Below, in pieces: positions 53,496 to 61,874 of a stretch of DNA of 64,000 bases (positions within the stretch are counted from its first letter, which is position 1; each line of letters begins with the position of its first letter). Both the position numbers and the translations under genes were made by a program. The notes under the pieces are model-generated. The model did no database searches. It saw only the letters and a program-made list of their open reading frames with translations, and was not told the DNA's origin. Origin of the DNA: Candidatus Pacearchaeota archaeon (GTDB lineage: Archaea > Nanobdellota > Nanobdellia > Pacearchaeales > GW2011-AR1); contig JBAZCR010000004.1 of the NCBI GenBank assembly GCA_041654895.1, forward strand, positions 1,188-65,187. The letters run 5' to 3'.

Positions 53496-53873
53496 TTATT
53501 CCACAAAATCGTCTATTTTTTCAAAATTGTCAATAAACGAAACATTTCGAAACCTTTCATTTAATTTTTTATAATTGTTAATATTATTCATAAAAGCATT
53601 AAATGCAAATCTAGTAAAATATGCAAATGGATTATCTCTTGATATATCATATTTATCTATATATCTACACATCGAATATACTGCATCCGAAATCATTTCA
53701 TCTTTCCTATCTTGTGAATAATTAATAAAACTTGTTTTGTTCAATAAATTAGTAGATATACTAATAAACAATTTTCCTATTTCATTATAAACTTTTTTAG
53801 ATTGTGTTTTTTTATATTCTATCAATAATTGTAAAAATTCTTGATTGCTAAAATAATGGGTTGTTTCTGCCAT
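53496..53873 (-). CDS. possible late sigma factor (gp55-like)
   Basis: NPFAYFTRFAFNAF resembles a sigma region-2-like segment; sits between the gp46/gp47-like genes. Confidence 0.4.
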   Translation of the reverse strand: MAETTHYFSNQEFLQLLIEYKKTQSKKVYNEIGKLFISISTNLLNKTSFINYSQDRKDEMISDAVYSMCRYIDKYDISRDNPFAYFTRFAFNAFMNNINNYKKLNERFRNVSFIDNFEKIDDFVE

Positions 53874-53884
53874 AAGTAACTCCT

Positions 53885-55651
53885 TTAATTAATACTAATG
53901 TTTGAAAAATCATTACTATTCTTCTCAACGTGTATTATATTTTTGAATTGAGAAAAATAATCCTGTTGTTGAAGTCTATGTGATATTATGTAAATACAAA
54001 TATTTGATTCGTGTGTCATATTCTTTAAACTTTTTATTAATTTTTCCAAACCATTTTCATCAATAGCACTGTCTAATAATTCATCAATTATAAGAAGATT
54101 ACAATTCCAATTTGTTAATGTCTTTGTTATTTTAATAAAAGATAATAAGATTGCCATATCAATTCTTTTCTTTTCACCCTCCGAAAAAGAGTAATACGAT
54201 AATTCCCCATCAGAAGAACTGATAGTTCTTATTTTTTCTTCCATCAATTCATTAAATTGAATATTGATAGGTAATTCAAATAATGTTATATAATCATTTA
54301 TATTTTTATTTAGGATTGGAATTAATTTCTTAAACAGATAAGATTTTATGCCATTTTCAGAAAGAATGGCAATTACTATATCATTATTTTTCATTCTTTC
54401 ATTTAATTCTTTCAATTCCTTATGTAAAATTTTATATTCATTAATTTTATCTTCACTCTCTCTTATGATTGATTTAATATCAATATTTAATTTTCTATCT
54501 TTTATTTCTTTTTTTCTTATCATTAAGTCATCTATATTAGAATTGTATAATTTAATTCTATCATTATATCTAATGATGTTATTATTATGGACGTTAATGT
54601 CATTGATTAAATCTTCATATTTAGTGATTTTATCTTCCAATTCCATCCGAATTTGTTTATACTCTTTGATCTTATCGTTTAATTGTTCAATTAACGTATC
54701 AAGTCTGATCAATTCATCGTTTTTATGTTCTTTTGATATGTTGGTATTGCATATAGGGCAAATGGTATGTTTATTTAAAGACTTGATCGTCTTGTTGGAA
54801 TTACTAATTTTGTATTCACATTCATTTATTTTTCCTATTACGAACTCTCTTTTTTCTTTGAGATCATCAATATCAGAAACATTATTATTAATTATTTCTA
54901 TTTCTTTTTTGATGTTTGTTATTGTATCTTCTAATTTTTTAATATCTGATTTTAACTTAGTTAGATTATTGTCTATGTTTTCTAAGTCTATTTTTTTATT
55001 ATTTAGAAAATTATCTTTAGCATTATTTAATTCGGATATTCTTTTCCTCAAACCTTTGATAGTTTCTTTTAAAATATTCAAACTTTTATTTCGTATCTCA
55101 ATATCCACTTTAATATCAGAATTTTCTTTTTTTACATATTTTAACATTTCACCAAATATTTTAATATTAAATATTTGTTCGATGATGTCTCTCTTTTTAT
55201 CTATTGGTTCTGCAAGGAATGGACGATTATGATTAATAGACAATGATATTATCTGTTTGAATAATTTATATTCTAAACCAATAATCTTATCTATCTCACT
55301 TTGATTTAATCGTTTAGATGACAATAATTGTAGTTCTTCATCATTTTTTAATACTTTAAGTGTATTGGGATTTAAATTTCTAATTATTTCGTATTTATCA
55401 TTATCACATTTGAAAACACAAGAAGTCTGCAATCCTTTTTTATTTTTTCTGTTTACAATTTCATTAATATTAATTTTTCTATATGGTCGTCCATATAAAC
55501 AAAACGATAATGTATCTAATATTGCAGATGACTTACCACTACCATTAACTCCTGTTACTAAGTTTAATCCTCGATTAAAATTAATAATAGTTTCTTTATT
55601 TCCGAATGATAAAATATTTTTAAATTTTAATGTTTGAAACTCTATCAGCAT
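53885..55651 (-). CDS. Rad50/SbcC-like ATPase (T4 gp46-like)
   Basis: GVNGSGKSS Walker A, long coiled coil with a CPIC hook, FSEGEKK signature, LLIIDE Walker B. Confidence 0.85.
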   Translation of the reverse strand: MLIEFQTLKFKNILSFGNKETIINFNRGLNLVTGVNGSGKSSAILDTLSFCLYGRPYRKININEIVNRKNKKGLQTSCVFKCDNDKYEIIRNLNPNTLKVLKNDEELQLLSSKRLNQSEIDKIIGLEYKLFKQIISLSINHNRPFLAEPIDKKRDIIEQIFNIKIFGEMLKYVKKENSDIKVDIEIRNKSLNILKETIKGLRKRISELNNAKDNFLNNKKIDLENIDNNLTKLKSDIKKLEDTITNIKKEIEIINNNVSDIDDLKEKREFVIGKINECEYKISNSNKTIKSLNKHTICPICNTNISKEHKNDELIRLDTLIEQLNDKIKEYKQIRMELEDKITKYEDLINDINVHNNNIIRYNDRIKLYNSNIDDLMIRKKEIKDRKLNIDIKSIIRESEDKINEYKILHKELKELNERMKNNDIVIAILSENGIKSYLFKKLIPILNKNINDYITLFELPINIQFNELMEEKIRTISSSDGELSYYSFSEGEKKRIDMAILLSFIKITKTLTNWNCNLLIIDELLDSAIDENGLEKLIKSLKNMTHESNICIYIISHRLQQQDYFSQFKNIIHVEKNSNDFSNISIN

Positions 55652-55850
55652 ATATCAATCCTCCTTATAATAATATTAATATGATATTTTCTGTATAATA
55701 GATCAAGTATTATTTACGTAAAATGTAATAAATCTAATCATTATAAACCATAAGCAAATTAAAAATTTTTTTTATTGACTATTATGTCAGAACATATCTA
55801 ATTTAAAATACATTAAAAAAATATTTTTTAAAATACAACTATAAGTAATA

Positions 55851-56010
55851 GTACTAGTACTTTAAGTTCTAGAGTACTAGTACTTTAAGTTCTAGAGTAC
55901 TAGTACTTTAAGTTCTAGAGTACTAGTACTTTAAGTTCTAGAGTACTAGTACTTTAAGTTCTAGAGTACTAGTACTTTAAGTACTAGTTCTAGAGTACTA
56001 GTACTAGTTC
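55851..56010. repeat. 23-bp iteron array: 5 perfect and about 2 degenerate copies
   Basis: Unit GTACTAGTACTTTAAGTTCTAGA at 55851, 55874, 55897, 55920 and 55943; variant copies run to about 56010. Confidence 0.9.
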
Positions 56011-56113
56011 TTTTTAACTTCGTTAAAAAGAAGGAAACCTTTACGATACAAAATGTCGAATCTGCGATTCGATACTTCGTAATTTTTAATTGTTAAATAT
56101 TAAGGAGTTTAAA

Positions 56114-56527
56114 ATGGATAAAGTTACATTTAAAAAATTAAAAGATTTTACTAAAGATCAGTTAGAATTAAATCCTGATAATGTAATGGAGAAATCTTTA
56201 AAATTCAATAATCTCTATATTCATTATCACAATTTATACGTAAAAGAAAAGAAAATATTGAAAGATATAAATAATAATATGAAGAAAATTTATTCGGAAT
56301 TGTACCATCATTACAAGTTTGGTGAATTTGATTTTAAGTTAGATAACAAACACGAAATCGAAACCTATATATTCGGAAATGATAAGTATTATGATCTTAA
56401 AGTAAAATATGACGAACAGGTAATTTACGTTGATTATTTATTATCTACAATGGAACAAATACAAAAGACTTCATTTCAAATAGGACATTATATAGATTTA
56501 TTAAAAATTAAAAATGGATTGGTTTAA
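56114..56527 (+). CDS. hypothetical protein
   Basis: ATG at 56114 after TAAGGAG. Confidence 0.5.
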   Translation: MDKVTFKKLKDFTKDQLELNPDNVMEKSLKFNNLYIHYHNLYVKEKKILKDINNNMKKIYSELYHHYKFGEFDFKLDNKHEIETYIFGNDKYYDLKVKYDEQVIYVDYLLSTMEQIQKTSFQIGHYIDLLKIKNGLV

Positions 56528-58029
56528 TGGACACGATTTTAGTCGAAAAGTATGATAATGTTTATTTTAAATTGCATTGTAACATAGAACAGAATATGGA
56601 ATTAAAATCCTTTTTTTCTTGTTATGCACCTAATTATAAATATCATCCTAAGTTCAAAGCGAAAATCTGGAATGGTAAAATTAGTTTTTATAATGTAAAA
56701 GAACAATTATTACCAATAGGATTAACATATCAATTGAAAGAATTTTTAAATAGATATGATTATAAAATCAAATTTCTATTTGATCCTAATGAATTAATAA
56801 ATGATATATCAATAGATCAGATAAATGATTTTTATGAAGCTATTTTTAGAAATACAGATTTCTTTCCAAGAGATTATCAACACCAAGCAATATATACTGC
56901 ATTAAAGAAAAAAAGAGGAATTATAGAAAGTCCAACAGCATCAGGAAAATCATTGATTATATATTCAATTATTAGATTTGTTCTTGGAGTTACAGAGGGA
57001 AAAATTTTATTGGTTGTTCCTTCAATATCATTAACTACACAAATGTTTAATGACTTTGTAGAATATGGTTGGTTTGACGCATATGATTACTCAAGTATAT
57101 TGTATTCAGGTAGTAAAAAATATGACAAAAATAAAAGGATATTAATATCTACTTATCAATCACTACATAGAAAAAAAGAGAATTTTTTTGAAGATTTTGA
57201 TTGTGTTATTATCGATGAAACACAACAGGCAAAATCTAATTCTATTAAAACAATACTGCAAAATTGTGTTAATGCTAATTATAGATTTGGATTGACAGGA
57301 ACATTACCTACCGACGTAGCAGACATAAATAATATTTATGGTTATATCGGACCTAAAATATTTTCTTTGAAAAGTAATACTTTAATTGATAAAGGTTTTT
57401 TATCAAAAATCAAAATAGTAAATATGTTAATACAATACTCAGAAGAAGAAAAAAAATTAAATAGGAAAAGAACATTTCCAGAAGAATCAAGAGCTATTGC
57501 AGAAAATACGGATAGAAATAAAGTGATTAAGTATATTGTAAAAAATATAAATAATAAAGATAATACACTAATTTTGTGTGAAAAAATAGATCATTTAAAG
57601 AGTATTAAGGAGTATGTAGATGAAAATTTTAGTGAAACACACGAAATATTTATGATATATGGTAATACTAATGTAGATGAAAGAGAAAAAATACGAAAAT
57701 ATATGAATGAAAATAAATCTGTTATTCTTGTTGCATCATATGGAACAATGTCAACTGGAGTAAATATTAGTAGGATTCATCATATTATTTTTGCATCATC
57801 ATATAAATCAAAAATAAAAGTTTTACAATCAATCGGTAGAGGATTACGTAAACATAAAGAGAAGAGTAAATTAATACTTTGGGATTTAATAGATGATATG
57901 ACTTGGGTTAAAAGAACAGGTAAAATAGGTAAGAATTATGTTTATCAACATTTTGAAGAAAGACTTAAATACTATAAAGAACAAGGGTTCAAATACATTA
58001 GTAAAAAGATAAATTTAAATAAACTTTAA
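56527..58029 (+). CDS. uvsW: SF2 DNA helicase (UvsW-like)
   Basis: SPTASGKS, IIDETQ, GLTGT, QSIGRGLR. Confidence 0.7.
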   Translation: MDTILVEKYDNVYFKLHCNIEQNMELKSFFSCYAPNYKYHPKFKAKIWNGKISFYNVKEQLLPIGLTYQLKEFLNRYDYKIKFLFDPNELINDISIDQINDFYEAIFRNTDFFPRDYQHQAIYTALKKKRGIIESPTASGKSLIIYSIIRFVLGVTEGKILLVVPSISLTTQMFNDFVEYGWFDAYDYSSILYSGSKKYDKNKRILISTYQSLHRKKENFFEDFDCVIIDETQQAKSNSIKTILQNCVNANYRFGLTGTLPTDVADINNIYGYIGPKIFSLKSNTLIDKGFLSKIKIVNMLIQYSEEEKKLNRKRTFPEESRAIAENTDRNKVIKYIVKNINNKDNTLILCEKIDHLKSIKEYVDENFSETHEIFMIYGNTNVDEREKIRKYMNENKSVILVASYGTMSTGVNISRIHHIIFASSYKSKIKVLQSIGRGLRKHKEKSKLILWDLIDDMTWVKRTGKIGKNYVYQHFEERLKYYKEQGFKYISKKINLNKL

Positions 58030-58041
58030 AGAGAGGTTATA

Positions 58042-58602
58042 ATGAAAGACTATAAAAAATATCTATTAGAAAAAGGTTTGGATATTAGTGTAAATCCTGA
58101 TGATGTTGACGCATTTAAAGCAGGGGCCCTTGATATTTCTAAACCTGTTAAATCATCAGATGATTTAATTAAACCAGACCCAAAATTTCCAATATTGGAT
58201 TATTATGGACAAGGGAAAAGATTCAGTATTGTAGATTCGGCAGACTTATATGAAATTACAAAATTAATAAAAGATTTAGTAGATAAACACATGTGGGTGC
58301 AATCATTTGGTTATGCTATTGACGTTAAGGATAATTCTGTTTCTTTTTCAGGAACAACAGAAACACAAGATATCAATGATGAATGTTTGGTGAAATTTAT
58401 TAATGATAATGTAAAAACATTAGTAGATAAAAGATATCCAGGAGGTTATAAATTTGAATCTAATGTGGTTAAATTAGATGGTGGATTAAATAAGTACCAG
58501 TTAAATATAAAGATATCTGGTAAAGGTGAAAATCCAACCAAAGATAGATACGGTAAAGAACAAGAGGATGATTTAATAGATAATTTAGTTAAAGATAAAT
58601 AA
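58042..58602 (+). CDS. hypothetical protein
   Basis: GAGAGG RBS. Confidence 0.5.
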   Translation: MKDYKKYLLEKGLDISVNPDDVDAFKAGALDISKPVKSSDDLIKPDPKFPILDYYGQGKRFSIVDSADLYEITKLIKDLVDKHMWVQSFGYAIDVKDNSVSFSGTTETQDINDECLVKFINDNVKTLVDKRYPGGYKFESNVVKLDGGLNKYQLNIKISGKGENPTKDRYGKEQEDDLIDNLVKDK

Positions 58603-58621
58603 CCAAAAAGAGGAAGTTATT

Positions 58622-59002
58622 ATGTCATTAGAAAACATAAAATCAAGAATAAGAGAATTGGTAACTTTTGATATTGAAACCGATTATTACGATAAAGAAA
58701 ATAAAGAAAAATTAGTCTCTATTTTTAGAGATATTTTATTTGAGGATGATGTTGTAGTTAGAAATTTCTTAGAAAGAATATTTAGTGATATAGAATCACA
58801 CGCAAGAGAATTGGATTTGATTGGAATACCTGATGATATTGAAACTGAACCAGAAGAAGAAATTGAGGATGATGAAGAAGTAGAACCTGAACCAGATGAA
58901 GAAGGTGAGGATGAAGGTGGTGAGGATGTAGATGATATTTTAGATCATAAACAATTTAATATTAATGATTATATGATAGAAAAGGCTAATGATTTTTGTT
59001 GA
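58622..59002 (+). CDS. acidic hypothetical protein
   Basis: Glu/Asp-rich centre; GAGGAAG RBS. Confidence 0.5.
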   Translation: MSLENIKSRIRELVTFDIETDYYDKENKEKLVSIFRDILFEDDVVVRNFLERIFSDIESHARELDLIGIPDDIETEPEEEIEDDEEVEPEPDEEGEDEGGEDVDDILDHKQFNINDYMIEKANDFC

Positions 59003-59011
59003 GGAGATAAT

Positions 59012-59527
59012 ATGGGATTTCTTGATTATTTGGATAAAAAACAAAATTTAAGGGAGAATGTGAAAATAAAAAAATCACATAATACAATAAAAGAAATCAA
59101 AGATACAAATGAATATATTATTACTGATTTGGGTGAAACTATTACTTTTACTGAAAATATAATGTTTAAGAGATATTGTGTATGGGATAATTCGACAATG
59201 ATTGATAGTTGTAATGACTTGGATGCATTGATAGAAAAATATGGTGATATTGAAGTCATAGGTAGAAATAAAAAATCAACAGAAAATAATTTTAAGATTC
59301 AAGAGAAAAAGATTAGAAGAAAAAAAGTAGATAATATAGAAGAATTAGAAGAAAATGAAACGGGATTTGGATTAGATAGAGCATCGTTAATATTAGAAGG
59401 TCTTCTAGAAGATTCGGAAATATCCATAACAAATACTGAAAATTCAGTTCCTAATTCAATACAAAAACATTCGGAAGACTTTACTCGTCCTCTGGATGTT
59501 TCTAACCACGCATCACTATTATTATAA
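59012..59527 (+). CDS. hypothetical protein
   Basis: GAGGAG RBS. Confidence 0.5.
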   Translation: MGFLDYLDKKQNLRENVKIKKSHNTIKEIKDTNEYIITDLGETITFTENIMFKRYCVWDNSTMIDSCNDLDALIEKYGDIEVIGRNKKSTENNFKIQEKKIRRKKVDNIEELEENETGFGLDRASLILEGLLEDSEISITNTENSVPNSIQKHSEDFTRPLDVSNHASLLL

Positions 59528-59539
59528 GGGGTGATATTA

Positions 59540-59959
59540 ATGTCAAGTTACGTATTTAATAACGCAAAAAATGAAATATCTATTGGTGGAATTGATTTTT
59601 CATCGGATACATTTAAGATAACTTTAGTAAAACCTTTTCCTGAAAGTGAAAAAGAAGCAATTGAATGGGAAGATATAGAAAGTTATGAAATTTCTGGAAC
59701 TGATGCAGATGGATATAAATCAGGGGGAGTAACTTTATCTAATGTAGGTATTTTTATGGATGGAGATAATGTTTTAGTTAGTGCTACAAATGTTGATGAT
59801 TGGGGTGAAGGGGTAATAACTACTATTAATGCTAATGGAGCTATTATTTTTAGGGAGACAGATGATTTATTAATATGTGCTATTGATTTAGGTGAAGTAT
59901 CATCGAGTAGTGGAAGTTTTACGGTTAGATTACAATCTGGATTTTTAAAAATTAAATAA
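59540..59959 (+). CDS. hypothetical protein, paralog-like with the next gene
   Basis: Shared pattern DF..D.F...L......YE..G....GY..GGV; ATG at 59540 after AAGGGG. Confidence 0.5.
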   Translation: MSSYVFNNAKNEISIGGIDFSSDTFKITLVKPFPESEKEAIEWEDIESYEISGTDADGYKSGGVTLSNVGIFMDGDNVLVSATNVDDWGEGVITTINANGAIIFRETDDLLICAIDLGEVSSSSGSFTVRLQSGFLKIK

Positions 59960-60411
59960 TGGAGATTTTGATGTCTGATATAATCAGTAATAAATTTATT
60001 ACTAATTTAGCATTTAAGAATATAGATTTTAATAACGATGTTTATAGATGTATTTTATGTATTGGAAATTTTGATGAAGATTTTTTGACTGATGTAAAAA
60101 AATATGAAGATGTTGCTCCATTTGAATTAGATCAAGGAAATGGATATACTACTGGAGGAGTTGTAGTTGATACAAGTGTTCATTTTGATTTAGAAGATAA
60201 AGTTACTGTATATGATTGTGAGAATCCAAGTTGGATTGCTACAGGTGGTGATATTGGTCCTGTTAGGTATGCTGTATTATATAATGAAACATTTGACAAT
60301 ACAATAGTATATATATTTGATTTTGAAGAACAAAGAAAAGCTATTAATGGTGCAAAATTTGAAATAAATATACATCCTAATGGACTAATGAGAGCTAAAC
60401 AAAAAATTTAA
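59959..60411 (+). CDS. hypothetical protein, paralog-like with the previous gene
   Basis: TAATG overlap with the upstream gene. Confidence 0.5.
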   Translation: MEILMSDIISNKFITNLAFKNIDFNNDVYRCILCIGNFDEDFLTDVKKYEDVAPFELDQGNGYTTGGVVVDTSVHFDLEDKVTVYDCENPSWIATGGDIGPVRYAVLYNETFDNTIVYIFDFEEQRKAINGAKFEINIHPNGLMRAKQKI

Positions 60412-60427
60412 ATAAGGATAAACTCTC

Positions 60428-61171
60428 GTGTCTAACATAGATTATACTAAAGCATCAGCCCTACCTAATGATTTCATTAGAAAATGTGGTCCTAAATATG
60501 ATAATGAAAGAGAAATTTTTAAACTTGCTCAAATGGAAGTTTATAATCAACGTGGGACTCCCTGCTTCTATTATGCAGTAGATTATAATAAAAAATATAA
60601 TAGAATATGGGGAGAGGATGGAGATAGATTAATTACTCATTATTTCCCGAATGTGATGGTATACTATCAATTTCAAAGAGATGATAAGTTATGGTCTAAA
60701 TTCGGAATTGAAGATATGTCTACTTTTTCTATGTATATATCAAAAGAACATTTTAAAGATATTACAAGATTAGAATATGTACTATCAACAGAAGATGGAT
60801 TTTTCTTAACAACAGAATCTGATGATTTATTACTATTAGAACAATCATTCCTAGACTTTCATATTCCACAACAAGGAGATTTAATACAAACAGAATATAA
60901 TAACTATATTTATGAAGTTGTAGAAAGAAAAGAAACTAATGGTATGTATTTGTTAAGTAAACAATATACTTGGGAATTAATTGTTAGAATGTTTAAAGTA
61001 GAATCTAATGTTAAAATTTCTACTGATGTTTTAGATTCACCAATTTCTAAATACATAAATACTAAAGATGTTTTCGATATAAGTTCCATTGTAGATTCCA
61101 AAAAAGAAGATATCATATATAAACCAAAACCTGGAGAAAAACCAGTAAATAACCCCTTTTCTAACTGGTAA
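60428..61171 (+). CDS. probable virion protein, tandem paralog A
   Basis: Shares YNQRG, YNKKYNRIWGEDG, KFGIE and C-terminal IIYKPKPGEKP.NNPF.NW with the next gene. Confidence 0.55.
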   Translation: MSNIDYTKASALPNDFIRKCGPKYDNEREIFKLAQMEVYNQRGTPCFYYAVDYNKKYNRIWGEDGDRLITHYFPNVMVYYQFQRDDKLWSKFGIEDMSTFSMYISKEHFKDITRLEYVLSTEDGFFLTTESDDLLLLEQSFLDFHIPQQGDLIQTEYNNYIYEVVERKETNGMYLLSKQYTWELIVRMFKVESNVKISTDVLDSPISKYINTKDVFDISSIVDSKKEDIIYKPKPGEKPVNNPFSNW

Positions 61172-61176
61172 TTATT

Positions 61177-61836
61177 ATGGGTAATTTCGATCATTTTTCA
61201 AGAGTAAAAAATCAAGAATTTTTTAATTATCGAGATAATTATGATAATGAAAAATTATTATTCGATCTTTGGTCTACGGAAGCATATAACCAAAGAGGTG
61301 TATGTACACAGTACTACGTAGCATCATATAATAAAAAATATAATAGAATATGGGGAGAAGATGGAAATAGAAGATTTATAAGATTCTTTGAATGTATGGT
61401 TTTTTATAATTTACCACTTGAAGATAAAATGTGGACTAAATTTGGAATAGAAGGAACAGATAATATTACTATGTGGTCTACAAAAAGACACTTTAAAGAA
61501 GCTTCTATGTATAATGATAATGAATACATCCCACAAATAGGAGATGTGATTAGATCGAATCACGATAATAATTATTTTGAAATAACTGAAGTAGGGGAAC
61601 AAGTAGCATTATTCTTACAAAGTAAACAACATGTATGGGAATTTTTAGTTAAACCATTTAAAGATGAACATATTAAATTATCCAATGAAACAATAGATTC
61701 TCCTATTAAAAACTTTACTGATAAAAATAAAGATATTTTCGATATCAGTTCTGTTGTAGATTCTAAAAAAGAAAATATTATATACAAACCAAAACCAGGA
61801 GAAAAACCAACAAACAATCCATTCGGTAATTGGTAA
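61177..61836 (+). CDS. probable virion protein, tandem paralog B
   Basis: See 60428..61171. Confidence 0.55.
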   Translation: MGNFDHFSRVKNQEFFNYRDNYDNEKLLFDLWSTEAYNQRGVCTQYYVASYNKKYNRIWGEDGNRRFIRFFECMVFYNLPLEDKMWTKFGIEGTDNITMWSTKRHFKEASMYNDNEYIPQIGDVIRSNHDNNYFEITEVGEQVALFLQSKQHVWEFLVKPFKDEHIKLSNETIDSPIKNFTDKNKDIFDISSVVDSKKENIIYKPKPGEKPTNNPFGNW

Positions 61837-61874
61837 TTATATAAATAAACAATATATTATTTTTAAATGAGGGT

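Noticed and set aside
54348-55232. 294-aa + strand ORF
   Set aside because: It is antisense to the well-supported Rad50/SbcC-like gene. The sequence is low-complexity Ser/Leu/Ile-rich, typical of the reverse frame of a Lys/Glu-rich coiled coil.
55851-56010. Possible CRISPR array
   Set aside because: The 23-bp units abut directly with no unique spacers, and no cas genes are present. It is an iteron or tandem repeat, not a CRISPR.
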